Both the position numbers and the translations under genes were made by a program. A stretch of 38,392 nt of DNA, from assembly GCA_016183865.1 (NCBI GenBank), contig JACPDT010000279.1, positions 1 to 38,392 of the forward strand, in the 5' to 3' direction. Every line of letters starts with the position of its first letter. Positions within the stretch are counted from its first letter, which is position 1. The DNA is from Armatimonadota bacterium (GTDB lineage: Bacteria; Vulcanimicrobiota; JACPDT01). The notes under the pieces were generated by a model, which saw nothing but the letters and a program-made list of their open reading frames with translations, was not told where the DNA came from and did not search any database. This document shows, piece by piece, positions 18,126 through 27,700 of this stretch.

Positions 18126-19463
18126 TCACAACATTCCGAACAGGAGTATCGCCATGCCCACAACCGCCCAGAAGGCGGAGAAAATGCTGGCCCCTGCCAC
18201 GAAGATATTCAAAATGCCCCTTTCTTCCTTCGGACACGTCCAATACATGGAAAGCATCCCCAAAAAGCCGAGAAAACCGGCCAAAGGCACCATGGACAGG
18301 GCGGTCAGGAAGGCGGCGAGCGCGATTCCCCAGGAGGTCAGGTGAGCGATCTTCGACGTAACAAGGATCGGGATCGTTTCCTTATCTCCTTTCCCCGAAA
18401 CGAGGACATTCCCTTTGTGTCGAGCTCCGGGGGGAAGGAGTCGCCCGATCACCCGCACTGTGACCTGTGTGTCCTGGGTGATTCTCTGGGGAGATGCCCT
18501 GAGCCAGGGCTGATCGGTTGCCACATCCAGGACTGCAAGTGAGCCCGCTTTGACTTTCACTTGAAGCTTGCTTACCGGCTGGTCCTGCCGCTCGATTCTC
18601 CCGAAATCCAGGGAATCTTCCAAAACCGTGAAATCTCCGCCCCCCTTTTTTTTCAGGAAGGTGCTCGGCGATGTCTTCGCCGATTCCAGAGCAATCAGCG
18701 ATTGTGTCAACTCTTCCACATTTTGAAAGCGGTTCGCCGGGCTCAATTCCACCGCTCTTGTGATGATCTCCGAGAAACGCGGGGATAGAGCGGGATTCAT
18801 GCTCCTCGGGGGTTTGAATTGAAAAGGCTTGTTTGCAGGGTCCTCCCGGGTGGCCAGATAGTAGAGAGTAGCGCCGAGACTGTAGATGTCGGACCTGGCG
18901 TCGGTCTGTCCGCTTCCGTATTGTTCGGGCGCCGCGAATCCGGGAGTGCCGATGGCAACGGTATCCCTGTTCTTACCCCCAACATAGTGCCTGGCGATGC
19001 CAAAATCTATCAATTTCACCAGCTCACCCCGGGTCACGATGATGTTGTCCGGTTTCAAATCCCTGTATATGATGGGCGGATTCTGGTTGTGGAGGTAAGC
19101 CAGGAGATCGCATATTTGCAGTGCCCACCAGACCAGGCGACGCTCCGAGACCCCTGACGGCTGCGCTTTCAGCACTCCCTCAAGGGTTTCTCCCTCCACA
19201 TATTCCATTACAAGAAAGTCATTTCCTTTCTCAGAGAAAAAATCGGACAAGACAGGGAGGTTAGGATGATTCAGCTTTGCAAGGATCTGAGCCTCCGAAT
19301 TACCCCCTCCGGGCATCTCTTTGACGGCCCACAGGCGACCTTGCAGCTTGGCGTCGTTCGCCAGATAGACGGTGCCCATGCCGCCTTCGGCGAGGGGGCG
19401 CACGATCTCGTACCTCCCCGCCAGGACGGTCCCGGGAGCAAGATGGGCTTGCATGTTGGTCAT
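18126..19463 (-). CDS. Ser/Thr protein kinase (Hanks type) with a beta-rich domain and three C-terminal TM helices
   Basis: GGMGTVYLA, WAVKEM, YRDLKPDNIIV, IDFGIA and GTPGFAAPEQ are all present. The C-terminus carries three hydrophobic helices. I prefer the ATG at 19463 (MTNMQAH..) over the upstream ATG at 19550. Confidence 0.9.
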   Translation of the reverse strand: MTNMQAHLAPGTVLAGRYEIVRPLAEGGMGTVYLANDAKLQGRLWAVKEMPGGGNSEAQILAKLNHPNLPVLSDFFSEKGNDFLVMEYVEGETLEGVLKAQPSGVSERRLVWWALQICDLLAYLHNQNPPIIYRDLKPDNIIVTRGELVKLIDFGIARHYVGGKNRDTVAIGTPGFAAPEQYGSGQTDARSDIYSLGATLYYLATREDPANKPFQFKPPRSMNPALSPRFSEIITRAVELSPANRFQNVEELTQSLIALESAKTSPSTFLKKKGGGDFTVLEDSLDFGRIERQDQPVSKLQVKVKAGSLAVLDVATDQPWLRASPQRITQDTQVTVRVIGRLLPPGARHKGNVLVSGKGDKETIPILVTSKIAHLTSWGIALAAFLTALSMVPLAGFLGFLGMLSMYWTCPKEERGILNIFVAGASIFSAFWAVVGMAILLFGML

Positions 19464-19536
19464 GATGCGAAAACTTCTCCAGAGGCGCCGGTTTTCCTGG
19501 ACAGGACATCTGCAGAAGGGATGGAATTTTCTCATA

Positions 19537-20493
19537 GTGAGAGTTCTCATTACAGGGGCTGCGGGAAATCTGGGAAGTCATCTGGCCAGGCACCTTATGG
19601 GCCGTGTCTCTCTGGACTTTCGCCTGCGATTGATGATACACAAGAAGGACTTGCCTTTCCCCTTGCCCGAGAGTCCCTTTGTAGAATCAGTGAAAGCGGA
19701 TCTGGCTTCTCCCGCCACTTTGGACCCAGCCTGTGAGGGCGTGGATTGCCTGGTCCATTTCGCCGGGGTTCTGTTTGCGCCGAACCCGGAGGCTTTTCTC
19801 CCCACGACGAATACGGTCTATGCAGGAAATCTCGTTGATGCGGCGCTGAGGGCAAGGGTTCGAAGGTTCATTCTCATCAGTTTCCCTCACGTGGAGGGAG
19901 AGACTGCCCCTGGGAGGCTCGCCAACGGGACTCTGGAGGGCAACCCGGTCTCTGTACATGCGCAGACCAGGCTCAAGGCAGAGCAATATCTGTTCAAAGC
20001 CTATCAAGGCGCCGAATTGGAGCCTGTGGCTCTCAGGCCGGGCATGATTTACGGGAAAAACATTCTTATGGTGGATGCGGCGAAGTTCCTGGCTCAAAGC
20101 CGCCTGCTTGCGGTCTGGAAGAAACCGACCTGGATTCATTTGATCTCCATAGACGATTTCCTTGAGTGTGTTCGAGTCGCGATCGAAAAACCCGGCATAT
20201 GGGGGGTTTACAATCTTGGGGATGAAAAGGCCGTGACTCTGCAGCAGTTCCTGGACAAAGCTTCGGAGAGGTGGAGATGCGCAAAACCCGTTAGACTTCC
20301 GGAATGGTGTTTCTATGCGGTTGCATGGCTCTGCGAAACCTTTGCCTCCATCTTCAGGACACGGTCCCCGCTCACAATGGATTTCATCCGAATCGGCATG
20401 GTCTCTTATGCTTCGGACACAAGCCGCATGAAAAGGGAGCTTCTGGAAACCCTGAAATATCCCACCTTGAGTGAAGGGATTCAGATATTGTAG
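19537..20493 (+). CDS. NAD(P)-dependent epimerase/dehydratase (SDR family)
   Basis: The GTG at 19537 gives MRVLITGAAGNLGSHL (Rossmann GxxGxxG). The rest resembles extended SDRs. The tracked ORF from 19372 overlaps the divergent kinase promoter region. Confidence 0.85.
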   Translation: MRVLITGAAGNLGSHLARHLMGRVSLDFRLRLMIHKKDLPFPLPESPFVESVKADLASPATLDPACEGVDCLVHFAGVLFAPNPEAFLPTTNTVYAGNLVDAALRARVRRFILISFPHVEGETAPGRLANGTLEGNPVSVHAQTRLKAEQYLFKAYQGAELEPVALRPGMIYGKNILMVDAAKFLAQSRLLAVWKKPTWIHLISIDDFLECVRVAIEKPGIWGVYNLGDEKAVTLQQFLDKASERWRCAKPVRLPEWCFYAVAWLCETFASIFRTRSPLTMDFIRIGMVSYASDTSRMKRELLETLKYPTLSEGIQIL

Positions 20494-20520
20494 CATCCCG
20501 CCCTTGATATCCCCGCACCC

Positions 20521-20673
20521 TCACGGCTTCACATGGCTCTGGGACTGGTTATCTGCGAGCTGTCTGTAAATCATGTAGGCAGTGACATTTCCCGTTGCCT
20601 GAAAAATACGCCAATATACTTCTGCAATGCTCAGAAAGGATTCCCGTTTATGAGAGCCGTTGTTTTCTTTCAT
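20521..20673 (-). CDS. Small ORF (50 aa), YqzL-like; absent from the supplied ORF track
   Basis: My own translation is MKENNGSHKRESFLSIAEVYWRIFQATGNVTAYMIYRQLADNQSQSHVKP. AAGGAG lies 11 nt upstream. It starts 37 nt downstream of the GHMP-kinase stop on the same strand. W.IF..TGNV.AYM.Y resembles the YqzL family core (W..F..TG.I..YLLYK) as I recall it. Confidence 0.45.
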   Translation of the reverse strand: MKENNGSHKRESFLSIAEVYWRIFQATGNVTAYMIYRQLADNQSQSHVKP

Positions 20674-20710
20674 GATCCATCCCACTCCTTGTGGTCAGAT
20701 GTTCTTGAAT

Positions 20711-21757
20711 TCATTGACGAGAAGCTCTTGTTGACCCGATGACCGGATCGAGCTTCTTCACTTTGAGTCCTTCCGTAGACAGCGAATAATCCAGAATTTC
20801 CGCCCCGCACACTCGCAATGCAGCTTCCACATCGCCTCTTCTGTCTTTTCTTACAAATGTGATCATGCATCCGCCGCCGCCGGCGCCGCACAGCTTGCTT
20901 GCAAGGGCGCCGTTCTTCTCAGCCTCGCTTACCATCTCGTCAATTCGGTCGGTGCTGACACCGGAGCACAGGTTCCTGCGGTGGGTCCATTCCTCTTTCA
21001 GGAGCTTCGCAAAATCGTCAAAATCACAGGAAACAAGGGCCTGTCGCATCTTCATCGCCGTTTCCTTGATGCCTTTCAGGCCCATTACTGTCTTCTGATC
21101 CCCATCTATGTATCGTTTCATCATATTCCAGTTGTTGGTGCCCGAGAAGTGCGACTGTCCGGTAAAAGAAAGGATCAGCCGATTGGAAAGCTCGGAGAAA
21201 TCGCTCTTCTGAAGTCTTATGGGCTCAATCCAATCCTTGCCGATGTCAAACCATATGGCATTGAGGCCGCCATACACGGCGGCGTAATAGTCCTGTTTGC
21301 CGGTGGGGATCCCGAGTGATTGAGCCTCGATGTCCGCTGCGCAATGGATGATCTCATCAGGGGAAAGCCATCCTCCGCGAAGGGAATTGAGGACGCCGCT
21401 CAGGGCAATAAGCAGCGCGGAAGACGCGCCCAGGCCGGAGCCGGGGGGCACGAAGCTCCGGGTTCGGATCTTGAGTCCCTGGGTAGGATGGTAAAAGCGA
21501 AGCGCCCGGACCAGGAGGTCCATCGGGCCCACGGCAGGCAATGAGGAGATGTCCGGGGCGGAGATCTCCTCATTCAGGTCTTCTGAAACGATGGAAACGG
21601 CCGTGGAATCTTTGATCACTTCCACAGTGACCTGCGTAGTGCGGGAGATCGCCACATTGAGCGTTAACCCGCCGCCCTCGAAGAGATAGAGGGGGTGGAT
21701 ATCGAGCGTTCCACCGGCAAGATCAATTCTTGTTGGAGCCGTGGCTTGAATCAACAC
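20711..21757 (-). CDS. GHMP-family sugar kinase (HddA/fucokinase-like)
   Basis: N-terminal APTRIDLAGGTLD. GHMP motif II PPGSGLGASSALLIAL. Motif III-like CGAGGGGCM. GTG start. Confidence 0.85.
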   Translation of the reverse strand: MLIQATAPTRIDLAGGTLDIHPLYLFEGGGLTLNVAISRTTQVTVEVIKDSTAVSIVSEDLNEEISAPDISSLPAVGPMDLLVRALRFYHPTQGLKIRTRSFVPPGSGLGASSALLIALSGVLNSLRGGWLSPDEIIHCAADIEAQSLGIPTGKQDYYAAVYGGLNAIWFDIGKDWIEPIRLQKSDFSELSNRLILSFTGQSHFSGTNNWNMMKRYIDGDQKTVMGLKGIKETAMKMRQALVSCDFDDFAKLLKEEWTHRRNLCSGVSTDRIDEMVSEAEKNGALASKLCGAGGGGCMITFVRKDRRGDVEAALRVCGAEILDYSLSTEGLKVKKLDPVIGSTRASRQ

Positions 21758-21886
21758 TTTTGCACAGTCCTTTCATTGTTAATCATAGCACAGGTGAGAG
21801 CAAATTGCAAGAAAATGCCCTACCGGTCAGCGACGGTCGGAAGGATACGGGTGTCCGAACACTTCTTGTGTTGAGTGAGAAATAGC

Positions 21887-23563
21887 TTACACGATCTCCT
21901 TGAGTCGCTCCAGGCCGAAGGCTTCCCCTGCCGCGCTTCTTGCTTCCGTGAGCCCGTCCGTGTAGAGCAATACGAGATCTCCATGTTGGAGGGTCACCCT
22001 TTTCCTTGAATAGTGGACATCATCCAAAATCCCCAGGGCCACGCCCTCGGCATTGAGCAAGGTGAATTCGTTTTCCGCGGGACGGAACAGGAGGCCCGGA
22101 TCGTGTCCTGCACTGCTGAAATCGAGCTCCATCTTTTCCAGATCCACAGTAAGGTAAAAGGTCGTTATGAACCTCTCCGGCGGCGTTTCGGTGATCATGA
22201 AATGGTTGAGCTTTGAAAGTACGATATTCGGCGCATGGTTCTCCATGGCATAGGCTTTCCACGCGTATTTTCCTCTGGCGGAATAAAGGGCGGCCTGACT
22301 GCCCTTTCCCGATACATCTGCCACGGCTATTCCCCAGCGTTTTGGGCCTGTTTGAACCACATCGAAGTAATCGCCGCCTACCTCCTTTGTGGGCACGAAT
22401 TTGTGCGCAAAGTCCAGGCCTGGAAGGGAGAATTCCCTGGGAGGCAAGAGATTCTTTTGAATGATCCCTGCGATGTTGGATTGTCCTTCATATCGTTGCG
22501 CATTTTCGATGCATATGGCCGCGCAGTCCGCCAATTTCGCAAAAAGGGAGACTTCCTCCGGGGGATACCGGCAGCCCGCCTCATCGAAGAGACAAAGGAG
22601 CCCTGAAGCTCTCTTTCCGGTTGCCAGGGGGGCGCACGCCATGGCGCCCAGTCCTTCCCGCTGGATCTTGTGAGCCACGGAGGGGTTGTGGGTTGCGAGA
22701 AGGAGATCGCTCAGGATCAGAGGCCTTCTTGAGGGGAAAGGAGCATCGAAGCACCAATCCTTATAAGAAAAAGAGATCCCTTTCAGAAACTCTGAGGACA
22801 GCCCCCTTGAACTAACAATCCTGAACCGCCTGCAAGAAGGGTCCCACAGGAAAAGGCAACCTTTATTCTTCCCGAAGAGTTTACATGCTTTTCGAACAAG
22901 AAGGGGGAAGATTTGCTCGGAATTCAAGGTGGTGGCGAGTTTCGCCGTAGCCTGGTGCAACAGGCGGAAACGCTCGATCTGATGGGTCAATCGCTCCAGT
23001 TCCGCCGCCTCATGGGGTTCTCTCGCCTCCGACACTTTGTCCCCGGAGGTTCTGAGAGCTTCGCCGTTTCCGCACGCAAAGGCCGTGGCTATGGTTGTCA
23101 GAAGGCGTGTATGGATATCCAATGTCTTTTGAGACATGACCGGAAGGCGGCTGTACAACTTCCATTGGACGGAAATCTCTTTTTCCGGGACACTGATTTT
23201 CCGGCATTGCTTCAAGAACTCTCCTTTTGAGAGGGGAGAAACGAGGACCTGTCCTGCCCACAACAGGGCCTCAAGGCGGCGGCCCTCCGCCAGGATCGGC
23301 GTTACAAAGTGAGAAGTGCCGAAATCACACCTGTATCTGTGTGTTTCGCCGTGGTCCCTGACTTTCTTTACGGTGTGATCCCGCTGCTTTCTACAGGCCG
23401 GCGGGCTCGCGGAAGGGTCGCCTATCCTGCAAACATTCCGGCAGAAGGGGTTTTGAAAGGCTGGAGGACAAAGAAACATCCCATTCGGTCTCATTACCCC
23501 TGACGAGATATTGGTAGAGCGGGAAAAGAATTTCTGAAACCTTTGCCATGCCTGATTTTCCAT
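21887..23563 (-). CDS. PocR - GAF - SpoIIE/RsbU-type (PP2C-like) phosphatase, C-terminally short
   Basis: PocR-like FCRNVC...YRCDFGTSHFVTPILAEGRRLEALLWAGQV. GAF-like middle region. Phosphatase motifs VGGDYFDV, AVADVSGKG, SAGHDP, LYTDGLTEA. It ends at ..LERLKEIV, before the usual terminal DD(I/V)T motif. I prefer the ATG at 23563 (MENQAWQRF). Confidence 0.8.
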   Translation of the reverse strand: MENQAWQRFQKFFSRSTNISSGVMRPNGMFLCPPAFQNPFCRNVCRIGDPSASPPACRKQRDHTVKKVRDHGETHRYRCDFGTSHFVTPILAEGRRLEALLWAGQVLVSPLSKGEFLKQCRKISVPEKEISVQWKLYSRLPVMSQKTLDIHTRLLTTIATAFACGNGEALRTSGDKVSEAREPHEAAELERLTHQIERFRLLHQATAKLATTLNSEQIFPLLVRKACKLFGKNKGCLFLWDPSCRRFRIVSSRGLSSEFLKGISFSYKDWCFDAPFPSRRPLILSDLLLATHNPSVAHKIQREGLGAMACAPLATGKRASGLLCLFDEAGCRYPPEEVSLFAKLADCAAICIENAQRYEGQSNIAGIIQKNLLPPREFSLPGLDFAHKFVPTKEVGGDYFDVVQTGPKRWGIAVADVSGKGSQAALYSARGKYAWKAYAMENHAPNIVLSKLNHFMITETPPERFITTFYLTVDLEKMELDFSSAGHDPGLLFRPAENEFTLLNAEGVALGILDDVHYSRKRVTLQHGDLVLLYTDGLTEARSAAGEAFGLERLKEIV

Positions 23564-23592
23564 GAACCGCCACCCCGCGATCTCTCCCCTGG

Positions 23593-23623
23593 TTGTTAAA
23601 ACTTCACATTTTTGTGTTACAAT
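23593..23623 (+). promoter_or_regulatory. Candidate sigma70-type promoter upstream of corA
   Basis: TTGTTA (23593-23598), 19-nt spacer, TGT-TACAAT (extended -10; hexamer 23618-23623). The palindrome CCGGT-ATAC-ACCGG (23624-23637) follows. The spacer is longer than optimal. Confidence 0.3.
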
Positions 23624-23719
23624 CCGGTATACACCGGCATGAAATATCATACTGAAAGAATATGAAAATGTCAAGAAGGCATTTCGAATTGCGGTCTACA
23701 AAAGGAAGAGCCGAAAAGG

Positions 23720-24718
23720 ATGGGCCTTTATTCATGCAGAATTTTCCCAGCTACTATGATCACCTGCCTGGCTTATTCAAAGAAAAAGCTCGAGACCCAG
23801 GTGGATTTCAGCCTCATAAGCGACATTCTCCCTGACCGCAGGAATCTGGTCTGGGTGGATGTGTCGGATCCGACCGATTCCGACATGGCTGTCCTGAAAG
23901 AGGAATTCGAGTTCCACCACCTTGCCCTTGAGGATGCGGCCAAACAGCAGCAAAGACCCAAGGTGGACGAATATCCCGGGTACTTCTATCTGGTCATTTA
24001 CGCCCTTGCTTATAGTGAAGAGGACCGGCAATTCACGGAAAGGGAGATTGACATCTTCGTCGGTCGGAACTATATGGTAACGATACACAGGGATGAGATC
24101 CCTGCGGTCCAGCAGAGCCTTCAGCGCTGGACTCAGAACCCTGACATGATGGGGGAGGGGATCGGCTTTCTTCTTTACGCTCTTGTGGACAGAATCATTG
24201 ACGAATATTTCCCTGTTCTTGACGAGCTGGATGACCGCATAGAGGTCCTGGAGCAGAAGATTTTTGAGGCCTTCGACCCTGCTGCTTTGCAGGAGATATT
24301 CGTCTTGAAGCGCACCCTCCTCAAGTTCAGAAAGATTCTTGCGCCGACCCGGGATATTTTCAATCTTTTGATCCGCCAGGACCAGCCCTTGTTCTCACAC
24401 CATACATTGCTCTATTTTCAGGATGTGTACGACCACTTGATCCGGATTTTGGACGCCGTGGATCTTTGCAGGGATATGCTGGCAGGCACTCTGGAAGCCC
24501 ACCTTTCCGTTGTGTCGAACCGTATGAGCTCCGTAATGAAGACATTGACCATTGTGGCTACGATCCTCATGACGGCGGCACTGATTACGGGCTTTTTCGG
24601 GATGAATGTGGAGTTTCCCTCACAGGTGCCCAAGTACGGTTTCATGGGCGTTATCTGGAGCATGGCCCTTCTCACTTCAGGGATGATCTTTTTTTTCTGG
24701 AAGATCGGATGGTTCTAA
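23720..24718 (+). CDS. corA: CorA-family magnesium/cobalt transporter
   Basis: VWVDVSDPTDSDMAVLKEEFEFHHLALED at the N-terminus, two C-terminal TM helices, and the signature FFGMNVEF (GMN motif). Confidence 0.9.
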   Translation: MGLYSCRIFPATMITCLAYSKKKLETQVDFSLISDILPDRRNLVWVDVSDPTDSDMAVLKEEFEFHHLALEDAAKQQQRPKVDEYPGYFYLVIYALAYSEEDRQFTEREIDIFVGRNYMVTIHRDEIPAVQQSLQRWTQNPDMMGEGIGFLLYALVDRIIDEYFPVLDELDDRIEVLEQKIFEAFDPAALQEIFVLKRTLLKFRKILAPTRDIFNLLIRQDQPLFSHHTLLYFQDVYDHLIRILDAVDLCRDMLAGTLEAHLSVVSNRMSSVMKTLTIVATILMTAALITGFFGMNVEFPSQVPKYGFMGVIWSMALLTSGMIFFFWKIGWF

Positions 24719-27700
24719 CCGGCTCTTCCGGTTCCAGGGATCGTCTTTTCTTGACTCTGGCGCTCTTGTGCGGTCTTGCGGGGCTTATCATTACTCTCGT
24801 GTTGCACAACAGGGCTTTTCCTTCCGCTTCCCTGGATCTTGCGGTTTCCCGGGAGGAGGCGGAGACCGGGGCCAGGAGCTTCCTTCTGGCAAGGGGCCAT
24901 GATCTTTCCGGCTTCCGTGCGGCAGTGGCCTTTAATCACGATCAATCGGCTCTGAACTATCTGGAAAGGACCTGGGGACTCTTCCGGATCAATCCTCTCA
25001 TCAAAAAAGAGCTTTCCGTCTGGTACTGGGATGTCCGTTTCTTTCGTCCTCTGGAGCGGGAGGGATTTCAGGTCCGAATTGACCCCGGCGGGAGAGTGGC
25101 GGCTTTTGAGCACACTCTTCGGGAGGAAAGCCCCGGCAAGGACCTTCCCGCGAAAGAGGCAAGGATTCGGTGTGCGGCATTTCTAGAATCCATGGGATGG
25201 GATCTCCGCGAGTTTCGCCCCCTGGCGGAGAAAACGGAGAAAAAGCCCCATCGCACAGACCATCGTTTTGTGTGGGAGAGGAGCAATCCCCCCCTCCCGG
25301 GTCTTCGATACTGGGTCGCTGCCTCCCTGGCAGGCGAGGAGATCTCTTTTTTTTCCGAATCGGTCAAGGTCCCTGAGAGCTTTCTTGCGGCAGAGGCGAA
25401 GGAGGGCGAATCGGGACAGCTTCTGGCCCTGGCCGGCACGTTTCTCTGGTTTCTCATGTTCCTGGGGCTTGTGGTAAGTTTCGTGAAATCCCTGAGGGCC
25501 CGGACCGTGGACTGGACCCTGAGCCGGAGGGTCGGATGGATCCTCGCGGGGATCTCTCTCCTCCTGGGATTGAACTCCATTCCCATTTCCTGGTGGCACT
25601 ATGATCCGGAAGTCTCTTACGGGTATTTCTGGTTCACCCAGATTTTGACTTTCCTGGTTTCCACGGCCGTTCTCTGCCTGGGTACGGTCCTGGTTGCCGG
25701 AGCGGCTGACCCCCTGTGGCGTGGGCTGTTTCCCGGCCGCCCTGCCCTTGATTCCTTCCTGACCCTTCCGGGGCTCAGGCGCCGATCCAGTGCTGTCGGG
25801 GTTCTGGTGGGATATGGGGCGGCCTTTGCCTTTCTCGGCTACCAGGTTCTCTTTTATCTTGGGGCGAGAAAAATCGGAGCATGGTCTCCCCTTGAGATCC
25901 CCTATGACGATGTTCTCAGTACGGCCCTGCCCTGGGTCTATCCTCTTTTTATCGGGTTTTCCGCCGCCTTGAGTGAGGAGTTTTTCTTTCGCTTCTTTGC
26001 CGTGAGCTGGCTCCTGCGGATTACGGGGAGGAAATGGGTCGCCCTTGTGCTCCCTGCCGTGATCTGGGCCATTCTCCACTGCAACTATCCCCAGCAGCCT
26101 TTCTATATTCGAGGAATCGAGCTTGCCGTGGTCGGGATTGCCTGGGGACTCCTCCTTCTCCGGTATGGAGTCATCACAACGGTGACTGCTCATTATGTTT
26201 TCAACGCGGCTCAAGGGTCCGCCCTTCTGCTCATGTCCGACAACCTTTATTTCAGGGTTTCCGCGATCATCACGGTTCTATTGATGCTGTTTCCCCTCTT
26301 TTTCGCCTTTCGGAAGGTTGCAACAGGAAAAGAGGAGGATGTCACGTACACGGAGCGAGAGCTTCCTGAAGATGCCGTTCCGCAGGCGCCGCCTCTTTCG
26401 GCTCATCCTCTTTCGGCGCCTTACACCATCCCTTTTTCGTTACCCAGGAGAACGGCTCTCCTGGGGCTGTCTTTTGCGGGCTTTCTCCTTCTTTATCTCG
26501 TGCCGACGGCTTCTCCCGGCGAGAAAACCCGCTGGTGGTGCGATTTGTACAAGGCCCGGGAGGAAGGCAGCCGGTCTCTTCAGGCTCGCGGAGTACAGAC
26601 TCAGGGCAAGTGGTCAGGGTTCTCGCTGACCCCTCTTGATGACGAGTCTCTGCGATATCTGGTGCAGGAGGCGGGAGTCAGCCGCGCATACGCGGTCCTG
26701 GAAAAGAGGCTTCCCCTACTGCTCATGAAAGGGGCATGGTTTGCGCCGGACAGCCGGGAACGTTACGAAGTGTGGCTCCTTCCCGATGGGAGGCCTTTTC
26801 GGTACGAGCATGAGATTCCTGAGGAGCGACCCGGGGGGCGACTTTCCGCCAGGGAAGCCAGAGATCTTGCCCTGAAGGGCCTTCTCGATTCGGGCATTTC
26901 CGTGAAGAACTGGACACTGGTGCAGGCTCGTTCCATCGAGAGACCGGCCCGGACCGATCATTCCCTCGTCTGGGAGGATCCCCTGCCCGTCATAGGCGAG
27001 GGGCGCCTTCGAATTGAAGTCGGAGTTCAGGGGACCGAGCTGACGGGTCCGGCAATCTATCCCAAGGTTCCCGAGTCCTTTCTGCTCAAGGAAAGGGCCC
27101 GGACTGCCTGGAACGGGGTGCAGGAAGGCATTTTGAGTTTCCTGTCCATCGGGCTCCTCACCCTTCTCTTCATATTCTTTTTCTCCGGCGTCCTGAGAGG
27201 GTTGCTGGATTGGAAGCCTGTTGCCCTGTTGTGCGGCTTTGTCTTTATGTGTGTGGCTTCAGGGGTTGCCAATGGATTTCCTGTACTTGCCTTTCATTTC
27301 CCCTCAGATAAGTCTGTGGTCCAGTTGCTGGGTGGGAGCTTTCTGGCAGGGCTTCTCGTGATGGGAGTGTCCCTTTTCATTCTTTTCTCCGCAGTCGCAG
27401 TTGTGGATATTCTCTCAAAGAAGCTGTTGCCCGGGAGTCCCGGACTCCGGACCTGGATCTCCTGGGTTTTCCTCGAATCCAGAGCCGGCCAGGACTGCCT
27501 TCTCGGAGGCCTCTCTCTGGCCCTTCTGGGCGCGGGAATCGCCCGGCTCCTGAAATGGGGGGCCCTGGAGGCGGGAGAGGATCTGCTTCTGACATATCCC
27601 GTGTTTCTGGATACCTGGTTTCCTGCCCTTGGAGTCATCGGCGCAGCCTTCACGGCGGCCGTTGTTTTCCTGGTTACAGCTCTCCTTGTACTCTTCTGGG

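Noticed and set aside
20533-20742. 69-aa plus-strand ORF between the epimerase and the GHMP kinase
   Set aside because: It has no SD and its sequence is unconvincing. It overlaps the GHMP kinase 3' end. The minus-strand 50-aa ORF with an SD is the better explanation for this region.
23564-23719. Possible Mg2+ (M-box) riboswitch in the corA leader
   Set aside because: Only about 95 nt lie between the putative -10 element and the start codon. I could not recognise conserved M-box elements. Only a short palindrome (23624-23637) is present.
25183-26214. 343-aa minus-strand ORF
   Set aside because: It is antisense to the CPBP protease gene. It is hydrophilic and low-complexity, while the sense strand encodes coherent TM helices and catalytic motifs.
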